Shown here piece by piece: positions 48,175 through 59,358 of a DNA stretch of 64,000 nucleotides. Origin of the DNA: Harriotta raleighana (lineage: Eukaryota); contig JBNZDD010013717.1 of the NCBI GenBank assembly GCA_050575255.1, forward strand, positions 2,818,529-2,882,528. Reading direction: 5' to 3'. The position numbers were made by a program, and so were the translations under genes. The notes under the pieces were generated by a model. That model was not told the origin of the DNA. It saw only the letters and a list, made by a program, of their open reading frames with translations, and ran no database searches. The stretch's first letter is position 1, and every line of letters begins with the position of its first letter.

Positions 48175-50392
48175 GTGAGTATAAACTTTTAGCAATAGCT
48201 GCTTTGATTGTAATAATAATCCTTGCATTTCATATAGTGATTTATCACATCTTCAAGATGTCTCAAAGGAATTCCCGAAATACACCGTAAAGTAAATTGA
48301 CTGTAAATTTTGTGGGCAAACTATGGATTTAAACTGTAGATCTAGCACCTACGGAACTTTAGGTTCTAGGCTGCCTTGTAATCCTTCAGATCAACTCAAT
48401 CATGCACACTGGGGTTCACTGTACTTCATTTTAAAGACAACTGTATTCAAGCCTCACTGTAAGCTATGCCTATACAGGAAATTACGGATACTCTTAAAGT
48501 TATCATCAACTACCAATCTTTTTCACTTGGTTCTGTTCTGGATCAACTGAGGCCAAATGCTATGTTTAAACAAGATTGGAAGGACTCAAACTCAAAAGGT
48601 GGAATGTGAACAAGAGCTCAGTTGAGAGAGTAGATATTTTATATAATGATGATCAGGTCTGGAATTTATCTAATTGTTGCAATCAGTCTTAATTTTGTAC
48701 AAATTGTTTTTGCAGTAAACTCACTTCAAAATAAAAGTTGTGTTTAAGAATTTGTCAAAATTAAGATTGAAATTAATCTACTCATCTACTAGTAGAATGC
48801 AATTTCTACCCAAACATTTCTTAACTGGAACCTGAGAAACACATTCCTTCATTGTGTCAATCATCCTGATGACATTTTATGACATGTTTGGGTCACATTT
48901 TAAACTGCACTATTTTCAATTTATGACAATTTACACTGAACTCTGGCCAATTTTGTGGTGTGCGCCTCAGTCCATGTAGTGGAGACTGTGCCTGCATAGT
49001 GCAGACTGCCCAGCTTTATGTCGTAACCAGCAAAGAAGGCTTTCAGCTTGTGACTCAGGGCTGGATTCCACCAGGGATCTGAGAGAGAAAACAACAGTAC
49101 ACTGTGTTAATTCACTCTGCCGCTCAGGCCCTCCACTTCCCTTCCCCAAGTATCTTTATGTTCAACAAGGGTTGCCTTCCTACATAATACAGCTGAAATA
49201 AAAAGACAATAATCCTCTTTCAACAAGCTTATGTGACAGTTTTCTAAAATTTGTCAACCTATTTTAAATGAGTAGAGTATCTCTGCCCTGAGGCTAATTT
49301 ATAATTGGTCCATCAGCACAAAGCTTGCCTAATTTAATTGAAATGATTTTAAAAAGCTAAGATATAAAGAATTTATATGGCTGATATAGGAGATAATGTT
49401 TCTGAAAGTTCTGTGAAAAAGTGGCTGAAGCCTATTTTATCGGGTCACTCAATGCTGTTATCTGGCACTCCAGTGTATTGCTGGGATCACTGTAGTATTG
49501 GAGTTGTCTTGAATGAGACTTTAAAGCAAGGTACCATCTGCCTGTTCAAGGGATGTAAAACTATCTCATTGCACAGCTCATAAATAGAAGGGAGTTTAAT
49601 ATTTACTCCATGATTGTTTATGGGACTTCGCTGTGCGATGATGGTCTGCCATATTCATTAATACACACTCGCACCACTTTACAATACAGTATATCCTGTG
49701 AAGGCAATACTGGCTTAACTGAGATATTAATAGTAATAATCCTTACATTTGATAAAGTGCCTTTTAGGTTGAAAGATTGTCTCAAAGTTTTCACAGGATT
49801 TACTTTACAGTGTAGTGAATGTGCATTACGTAGGCTAAATGATCTGTGCTAAATTGATTGATAAAAGAACATTTTGAACTTTCATCACAGTTGAGCAAGT
49901 TAAGTACCATCTGGTAAATGTTGAGAACATATAAGAGAAAACTGTTCAGGAGCTGAGTGACCCAAAGGCACCTGCAAATTTGTAAGGAATACAATGGATA
50001 ACCAGGGGAAGAAACATAAGGATAGCAATGTGAAAATAATTGGCTTATCAGGGGAAGTAGAAAGGAATAGCCCCTTGGGAATTTATAACTAAGTTTTTAC
50101 CCAACTATTTAGGAATTTTTGGAGATTTTCGAGTTTCAAAAATTGCATCATGCTGTAGTGTGGACACCATGGACATTGTTTGAGCGTGCATTTACTGTAT
50201 TTGATAATAAGTCATTTTGACTCCTAGATCCTGATTCCAGTTGTTCCAGACAGTTGTGACAGAAGAATTAGAGGTTATAATTTCTCATGCTATCTGGAAG
50301 AGTTACCCTGATAATAATATTAATCCTTGCATTAGTTTGAGCACCTATCACGTCTTTGAGACGCAAAGTGTCACAAAGTGCTTCACAGAATA

Positions 50393-51081
50393 CAGTAAAA
50401 CCTTGTTTATCCGGCCCGCTCGGGGTGGGAGATCGACTAATTGACTGCCGATAAACTCATTGACTCTTGCACACTATCTTTCACACTCACTTGCTTTACC
50501 AATTTGTTCTCTTTATTCACACTGTCACTATTTTCTCTTTCCCACTCAGTCTCTCGCATGCTCTACGAATCCATGTATCTTTATAATTTCCAGTTCCGAG
50601 CAATTTTGCTTCGGTCTTTATTCTGACTCTACTTTTTTCCTAGAAATGTCAGTGCCTTTCTTCTATCTTTCTGTTCACTCTTTTTTCCCACTAGAGTAAA
50701 ACCCTGTTTATCCGGCATGCTCAGGGGGGAGTCAACTAATTGACTGTGCCGGATAAACGGGGGGCAAGTTGCCGAAAATCCAACATAAAAAATTAACTTA
50801 TTTTAAAACATACCATGTTAATAATAGACTAAATAGGAACAGAATATTGTATGGATATTTACTAATAAAGCATTCCAGCACAGTCGGGAAAAAATTGATA
50901 AAACAGCATTTTTTACCGATCGGTAAAAAAAAACAAGTTTGTAAATTTACTAAGTGCACATGCGCACACATTGCACGCATACGCAAAGTGAGCAAACTCG
51001 CGATTCTGGAATGGGGAATTGCCCCTGGAAGGGGGTCGAGCAATCCAGTTGATCGGGTCACGGATGAACGAGGTTTTACTA
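50393..51081. mobile_element. Composite pogo/Tigger-like MITE (two left ends, one right end) inserted into a SINE
   Basis: TA+cagtaaaaccttgtttatccgg at 50393; TA+gagtaaaaccctgtttatccgg at 50694; right end gtcacggatgaacgaggttttacta+TA. The flanks rejoin the SINE as cttcacagaata|tattgtaaagtgaatt. Confidence 0.85.
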
Positions 51082-54000
51082 TATATTGTAAAGTGAATTC
51101 ACTGTATATTTTGTAGACGAAAGGTGGTATTGAATTACACACAACGGTGCCCCAAAAGTGGTCATAAGGTGTTTCCTTCAAAAAGGCTCTCCCAAACTTT
51201 ACTAACTCTGAAAATATGAATTCCTGTCCATAGAGCCAGAACAGTGCTCTGCTGTGCAACATAGGAATGTGCAAGACTGGAAAGGACCAGTGAGTTCCAT
51301 CTGGCAAAGATGTTTCCAGCCAGAACATATTAGAGGTATTCTATGATCAAAGCCACAGGGTTCAGGACTAGAATTGTTTTGTAATACAATTACAACAATG
51401 CACGTGAATTTACGTTACAATGTATATTTCACCTGGAGGACTCTACATCTCAAAGTGCTTCACCCAGCTGCCTGTCAGCCCAAACTAGCAGGTTGGTGCC
51501 TGACAGAACAGTTGAAAAGAGGTGGGTTTTGATGTTTGAAGGTGGGGAGATTGAGAGGCAAAACAGAGGGACTTCAGGATGAAGTTCCCAAAAATGGGTG
51601 CAGAATGCTGAAAGCTCACAAATGTTGTGGCAGAACAGGCAGTCGCAAATCGCAGCCAATATTGAAAGAACTGCTTGGGTAGGTGACCAGAGTTTGTAAC
51701 TATCAGCAGTCTTGTTGCAGCTAACACTGAAGACTGATATCAGTGAAATGGGCAGTAAGTTGAAACCAGAAACTTTCAGATTCAAATGTTATTTTGTGAA
51801 ATGGCTACTGCTATGTCTAAGTAGTGTATTTAGAAATCCTTGCAGAGTGTAATAATAATGCTTGAATTGTGCAGACAAGGTCAAGGTCTGCACAATTTGC
51901 AGGTAGGTCAGTGTCTGATTTTTGCTAGGTCAGGATTTTCAGGGCATATGGGGAGAAGGCGGGAAATTGGAATTGAAAGAATTAGTTGAGGTACAGTCAT
52001 GATCTAATTACAGTCCATGGTGGAACAGGCTCCTATATTCTCTTATATCATAATCAAGATCAGATGTGAGGGCACCAATAGCTATTCAGAATATTATAAT
52101 TTTATGTGGTGAAAATTAGAAGCAATAATAATAATCGCCGCATTTGATATATAGACCTTATCATGTTGTCGAAACATCTCAAAGTGCTTCAGAAGAGTTC
52201 ATGCAAAGTTGGTAACTGACCTATGACGTATGACAGACACTTGGCGCTCAGTAATACTCATACAAACCATCCGTGAAACAAATTATCTATTTTATTTGTG
52301 GGATTTGTATCCAGTACACTAGGAGAAATTACCTTCTCTTTTCAAGTAGTGCTATAGGATCCTTAGCATCCTCCTGAATTGGCAGATGGGACCTAGAGAC
52401 TGAAAAGAAGGAAAGGTAACACATGCTGAAAAACCACAAATAATTATGTGTAGCCTGAGTAAAGGTTTTTTTTGCAGGTTGATAAAATGATGGTTACTCT
52501 TACATAAAGAATACCGTACCAGGAGGAGAAGTGTTCACGAGTAACATCTCATCCAAAAGTAGGCACCTTTAGGCAATGCTGCATATCCCCAGGACTGCAC
52601 TTTGAGTGAGAGCTTAGACATATGACCTCAAATGTTTCATTATAAATTTCACACCACTCCTAAATATTATGCCAGTGGAAATTTAGGAACAGACTATGTT
52701 TAGGGAATACCACAAATGTTGTCCCTATATTGCTAACCAAACTGTTATTGGTTTTGCATTCTCAGCTGTTTGTATATATCAGCATTAGAAACACAATCTA
52801 TACATATTATTTATTTTCTCGGGGATGCCATGGATATTTTAAGGTTGCATGGCCAATTCATACCTTGAAATGGACCAGAAAAATCAAAGCACTGGTATAA
52901 GCTGTAAAATAAATGGACTAGGAATACACAATAACATAAAGGAATCTGAAGAGAATGTTTTTTATTTGGAAGCATTAGTAGATCTTACAAGGAAAATTGA
53001 AGCAACAAAAATAATATGTGGAAGTAGGAAATCAAATGAAAAAATGGTTACTCAGCATGCAGAAATAACAATTGAATTCAAAAGGTTTAATGCAAGTCAT
53101 TAAAATGTACTCCTCAAAGCAAATGTCAAGTGTGCTTTTCTTTAGGAAACAAGGTTTCACTCCGCTATTAGAGGAATAGAGAGTTGCCTGACTAACCTTT
53201 GAAGATGAAAAAAATCCTTAAAATAATCCAATTATTCCTTTAAACCAAGTCCCTAGAACAGATTAGTTCTTGAGCCACGAAAAGGTTGCAGTATTGATTG
53301 CCCCATTTATAAACACAGGGACTAGCATGGCTTTTTGACTCACTGTCATAATTATTCTTTTTGAGGAGGAGATAAGTTATGTATTTGTCTCTATAATACA
53401 CAGTGACTGAGCACTGTACATGGCTGTGTTGTAGGACACAAAAAAAACTTTTGAACATGTTTTGATTCTCCTCAACATTCATCGATTCCCATGACCTGAC
53501 TAATAATCCCTCTTATTCATCAAAAATTCATCAAAAATGTTCATTAATTTCAATGCTTTTACCGGATATTGCTGGAACAGATTAGCATCTGCATTTAATG
53601 TAACAATAATTGCTCCATTTCAAACAAATTGAATGTATAAAGCATTTTCAGATACAGTATCTCGATATGTTAATTAGTAATACTTTTATATCAAATGTCA
53701 GCATTATTCATTTTATTATAGATTCTGGGTGGTGATTGGAGATAATTAATACAGCTTCATTCTATATCAGAAGGAGGTACATTCAGTGAGTTTTATGCTT
53801 GTGTATGTTGAGGGTGGAGAGATCCCCTTCTGCCTCACAGTGTATAAACTTTATATGGACTATAGTCTGCGAATTATTTTTAATGCAGATGGTGTTTTCT
53901 TGGATCCTCTTACTGGTTGTGGCAGTATGTTTTAGCCATAGTTATTACATTATTGAATGACCTTGACAAAGTCAGATATAATACCTCTGTTAAGATTGCT

Positions 54001-54399
54001 TAGCCCAGGTGATTGGGGAAAATTGCCTTTGAAGAAATTGGAGGGAATGAACTCTTTTGGAGGTGATTTCAATTGTACATCAGAGTTCAGAGTCTTTTTG
54101 TTAGTGAAATAGAAGGTGACTTGCATCAATGATATCCCAGCACCCTACACTCAGAGACAATTAAAATTAATGCATTTCCCAGACAAAAATTACTTCTGGG
54201 AATCTTTATCACTTACAATAGCTAAACATGCATGTTCCAAAGATGCAACAAATAAATGATTTATTTCAGGAATATAGAGAGCTGGTAGGATGATTTTTTC
54301 CCCATCATTAGAATTGAATATGGCATAATAAATGCAGGCTGCCCCGTTTTGTAATTTTCTTAAAAGGAGAAAATAGACTCTTCCACCCTTCAATTATTC

Positions 54400-54865
54400 T
54401 GATAAGGGGGCCTAGACACAGTGCATAGAAGAGCAATGATTAAAGAGACTCAAGTTAGAGCTCTCAGATTTGGGAGAACACGGATCAGACAGGACCTCAC
54501 AGAGAATGATAAAATGTAAAATGCATTGAAAAAGCAACCCCAGATGAATACCATTTGATACAACAAAACAGTAGAAAAGATGATATTGATTTAGTTATCG
54601 ATGGAAATTTCAGAACAGATCCCGGGAAATGTTTCTTNACAAAACAGTAGAAAAGATGATATTGATTTAGTTATCGATGGAAATTTCAGAACAGATCCCG
54701 GGAAATTTTTCTTTACTCCATAAGTAATTAATGGAAAAGGAAAAGTGCTTGAGGCAAGGAAACTGGAATTAAGTGCAGTTTAATGCAATGATGGTGGGGG
54801 GTAGGGATTCTGGAAGGATAAGATTGGATGGACCTTCTACCTCCAAATCAGTCCTGTGATCATTG
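54400..54865 (+). mobile_element. Very old CR1-like 3' fragment
   Basis: ctagacacagtgcatagaagagcaatg (L..V.RRA), ggaaatttttctttact (FFT). The duplication at N 54638 is artefactual. Confidence 0.5.
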
Positions 54866-54988
54866 CCCCATGTATCTTTGAAGAAGTTTCAGGAATTCCT
54901 ATTTTATTATCGTGTTATTGATACCATCAAAAGATAGTGCATTCCATATCTTAAATATATATAAATATATTTCCACATATGTAAACTT

Positions 54989-55189
54989 AGAAGTTTCCTT
55001 TTATGCCAAATAAATATTCTTAAAATGGCCTTGTGATTGAGCACCCAATCATGTGGACGTTCCAATGCTAGGAAATTGTAGTATGACAAGAAGTTTCCTT
55101 TTTTTGCAAATAAATATTCTTAAAATGACTTTCTGGCCTTGTGATTGAGCACCCAATCCTGTGGAAGTTTCAATGCTAGGAAATTGTAG
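54989..55189 (+). repeat. Diverged tandem duplication, about 100-bp unit (54989-55081, 55089-55189)
   Basis: Both units read agaagtttcc...aaataaatattcttaaaatg...ggccttgtgattgagcacccaatc...caatgctaggaaattgtag. They differ by substitutions and an indel, and no N lies between them. Confidence 0.9.
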
Positions 55190-56194
55190 CAGGACACTTG
55201 GGCACCTAGCATCAGGTCCCACTGCACCCCGTTTCACAGATTTGATGAGGAAGGGAGAGGAGAAAGGAGAGGAGAGGAGAAAGAATTTGATGCTGTTTCT
55301 AGGCACTGAAATGTCTTGTTCCAGAGACCAGCTTTAAAAATAGTGCAAAGTGCCTGATGCATTTAATGGTGTTTGGGGAAGTTTTTTTCCTTTGTAGTCC
55401 TGGACAATCATGGAATGCTTTGTTAATAGCCAGCTACATAGATGGTATTTGTGTTGCACGCTACAGAATGAAATGGAGCCCGTTCTCGTCATTTCACACT
55501 TCTGCTACAAGTTATTGCTGATTGAGTGAACCATACAGTATAATGCTATTCTAGAGACATAATATCTGTTTATATCCAAATTTAGATTTCTACCAGTGAA
55601 GGGTAGTTGAAAAAGCAGTCAGTCCTATTAATTAGCATCATCTAGTTCATGCTGCAAGCTGTTATTTCACTGCACAAACCCAAACATAAAGACTGCTGAA
55701 TTCAAAGAAAGCAATTATTAAAAAGACAACAACATAAATTATATCCAACTCCCCTGAAGTGAAATAAATTAATGCAGAAACAAAGCTATACAACGGTTTA
55801 AATGTTTTTAGATTAATATATTATATAGAAACACACACGATAAAATACATGCTGCAATTTGTATATTACTAAATATGTATGTTTTAACCCTATGAATTGC
55901 AAAACATTAGGATAGGTGTATAAAATGTATAGATGGCATTGACTAAATTGTAAGAAAGATAAAACACAGTGTGAATGTTTTACAAGGCAGCAACTCAGCG
56001 ACAGACTGGAAAGACATAAAAAGCCAGGAGTTGGAAGTCAGAGATATTTAATAATATTATCTTCTCTGAGGTGCCAGCTCTGTCAGTGTATATTTAGATG
56101 GAGAAAGGTACTTCTGAAATTGTTTCTATTACACTGGGATCTGACTGTGACTTTTCGCTAATTCTTAGGAATTTTAAATTGATGGAGACTGCTT

Positions 56195-56555
56195 ATAATA
56201 ATAGTAATACTTGCATTAATATAGCTCCTTATCATGTATTTGAGACATCTCAAAAGCGCTTCACAAAATATACTGTAAAGTGAATTAACTGCATATTTTG
56301 TGGGCAAAACAAGAAAGCCAATAGTCATGGAATGAGTGACCAATCACTGTTTTTTAACTTTTTGGGGGCAAGTTTATTACCTCTGGAGAAGCAATCTGCC
56401 ATTTGACTTAACAACTGGGTTCCTACTTACTGCTAGGTAAACAGAGGCATATGGAGAAGGGAAAGTTGAGAAGGGAAACCTTTTGTCCTATCCAGGAATT
56501 GAATGCAAGTCCTCTAGCTTGTGAGGCTCATCTTCTAAACACTAAGATACAGGAT
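56195..56555 (-). mobile_element. Near full-length tRNA-derived SINE
   Basis: Tail cttgcattaatatagc, body ggttcctacttactgctaggtaaacagagg, ccaggaattgaa (reverse B box). Confidence 0.8.
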
Positions 56556-56822
56556 TTAGAATCAATTTGAATGAATGGGGTGCAATCTATTATTGAGTTT
56601 TGTGCAGTATGTGGATATAATAATAATAATCATTGCATTTTATATCCAGTAACTGCTTATCACTCAAACCTCAAATCCCCTTCACAGGAATTAGTGTGAA
56701 GTGTTGTGACTGTAGGTCTACGTGACAGCCAATTTGCACACAGCAATATCCCACAAATAGCCATTAAGTGAATGATTATATTTTTCTGTGAAAGTAGGAG
56801 AAGGTCCGTCTTCTTCCAAATA

Positions 56823-57130
56823 CAGTAAAACCTTGTTTATCCGTGACTCGATGAACCAGAAAACCCGTTCAACCACTATCTCAAAAAAAGTCCCGACTCG
56901 ATAAACCGGAAGTTATCCAGCAGAATAATAAAGACACATTTAATGAATAAATTCCCGCATGCGAGTACTCATGCAGTTATATCAGCGGCCGCTAGTTGAG
57001 CCTAAAGTCGGGCTACTGATGTTTTTTTAAAACTCGCGATACTACCATTTTTTTAAAAAATGCAGTTTTCCAGATTTTTTTTTCCTCCTTTGGCAGCCAT
57101 TGTAGAAGTTAAATATAAATAATAAAGTAC
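56823..57130. mobile_element. One-ended MITE copy (right end of the 29194-30175 family in reverse orientation)
   Basis: TA+cagtaaaaccttgtttatccgtgactcga..ccagaaaacccgttcaacc..tcaaaaaaagtcc is reverse-complementary to about 30080-30175. No partner TIR found. Confidence 0.8.
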
Positions 57131-57133
57131 TAA

Positions 57134-57837
57134 AACAACAACAACTTTGATTTATATAGCTCCCTCCACACCGGATGGTGTCTCAGAGTGCTTCACAATA
57201 GCGGATCCCGGGACCGAGCCAGGGGCAGGGGTAGAAAGGTGACCAAAAGTGCGGTCGAAGAGAAAGGTCTTCAGCTGTGACCTGAAACTGGGAAGAGAGG
57301 GGGCAAAGCAAAGGGAGTGAGGAAGGGAGTTCCAGAGCCTCGGGGCGTAGTGGCTGAAGGCACAGCCGCCGAGGATGGGGCGGAGGATTTCGGGGGATAT
57401 GGAGGAGGCCAGACCCAGAGGAGTGAAGGCATTGGGTGCTGATTTGGGGGGAGAGGAGATCAGAGAGATACAAAGGTGCAGAGGAGTGGAAGGATTTGAA
57501 AACAAGGGTGAGGATCTTGAAGTCGATCATCTCTGGGATAGGGAGTCAGTGAAGTCTGGCAAGGACTGGGGTAATGGAGGAGCAAAGCTTGGAGCGGGTG
57601 AGTGTGCAAGCGGCAGAGTTTTGGATTAGCTGGATTTTGTGGATTGTGGTGGAGGGGAGACCGGAGAGGAAGGCATTGCAATAATCCAGCCGAGAGGTGA
57701 CAAAGGCATGGACCAAGGTTTCAGCGGCTTTTGGAATGAGGTATTGCCAGAGATGGGTGATCCGTCGGAGGTGGTAGAAGGCAGTGCTGGTAACGGACTG
57801 GATGTGGGGGAGGAAGGACAGTTGGGGGTCGGCCCTG
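57134..57837 (-). mobile_element. L2 LINE 3' fragment
   Basis: IDFKILTLVFKS and GGCAFSHYAPRLWNSLP..FRSQLKTFLF in ORFs 57152-57530; (CAA)n tail. Confidence 0.93.
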
Positions 57838-59305
57838 ACGCCTACAATATTCTGTTAGTATAGTATCTGTTATTAGTGTATTTAGTCTATTATTTATATA
57901 GTATTCTTCAACATTTACATGTGTAAGTGTGTATGTGTGTACTCTCACTCTCTCTCTGCAAGTCCAGCCTATTCACTCAGTTCAAGCAAGAAGGCTTCGC
58001 AATAATCGACCGTGCCTTCCCCTCACTGAGGGTTAGCAGCGTGCGGACAGCAGCTCTCCTGTGTTTGCACAGGGTGGGAGCTGGCAATCTGTTATTACTG
58101 TGTTAAAATCATTTTTAATGAAAAAAAATATTATTAAGTTCTTTAAAATCGCTGTGCGCAATTAGCTGCCCCGTTTCACCCACTAAAATATACAGTTAAA
58201 TGACTTTACAATATATTCTGTGATGCGCTTTGAGATGTCTCAAAGAAGTGATAAGGTGCTATATCAAACTCAAACATTATAATCATTATTATTTTTAACG
58301 TCTGAGCAGGAAGGCGGGACCTTGGTTTAATCTCTCATCTGAATGACAAGCTGAATGATATTTTTAAATTTCATGCTTTCTTATGTTTTTAAATTACATG
58401 GCTGTTTTATTGCTTCATGGAAAAAAGTAAACATTTTCACATACACTTTTAATAAGAAACAAGTAATATTTGACGATTGAGCATTTGGAATCCAAAGTTG
58501 AAATGTAATTTTGGGAGTGGAGATGATATGCATTACAAGAGTGAAAGTCATGAGTCTTGGAAACATACCTGAACCTCAAAATTAAGTTGCAGCCTGCACA
58601 TTCATTTCACGTTAAAGGTTCTGTACTTTATTGTCATTTGCAATTTACGATCTGAACAGAGTAGTTCCTACTCTGCTATAATTATTGACATAGAATATGA
58701 GTAAATTTATTATTATGTGTCAATGGCTTTAAAGTGTATGATAACCTGAGTTTTACATGTCGCCCCAATTAACCTGAATTCTAAGAAAATTGCACTGCAC
58801 AGACCTCTGGTCGCACATCCGCCTTCATGTATTTGTTAAATGATAGTCAGACAATATACAGCCAAGTGCAGATACTGGATTATCTCAATGTTTAATTGTT
58901 CACAAATGCTAAATATTAAAGATTCACAGGGGTCAAGGTATTGAATTTCCCATGCCTAAATATTTCCAAGTGTAAATAGAATCAAATACAGTACTCCTCA
59001 TGCTTAAGTATTCACAACATTTGATATATTGAATTACTCCCATACATTTAGTTGCTCACAATTGTGATCACACTTGAATTACTGCCACATGTTTAGTTAC
59101 TCACAAGTGCCAACACTGAATGAAATGTAAAATCTTAATTGCCTTAGTGCAGCTGAACAAATGTGTTCAAGCTTTGTGATCATTGAGTATTTTTCTATCA
59201 CAATTCGCAATACTAATTCTAACCTCTTCCTAAAAGTGTGAAGTGCAAAGTTGTTTAATATTTTAATATTATTAAATAATAATTTAATATTTATTTTTAT
59301 TGCAG

Positions 59306-59358
59306 GGCTATAATGGAACATAAGGAACTGTTAAAAGTACCATGGGATTGGCAGATAG
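59306..59358 (+). CDS. SLC35F1: SLC35F1 internal coding exon (probably exon 6), 53 nt, phase 2 to 1
   Basis: Acceptor tttatttttattgcag, donor TAG|gtgaga. Translates (L)AIMEHKELLKVPWDWQI(G), matching the SLC35F1 peptide as I recall it. The phase joins exon 48018-48174. Confidence 0.93.

Noticed and set aside
52849-53103. 84-aa ORF with ISCKINGLG, faintly like an L1/Tx1 endonuclease start
   Set aside because: The QETH-type motif that should follow is absent; similarity too weak.
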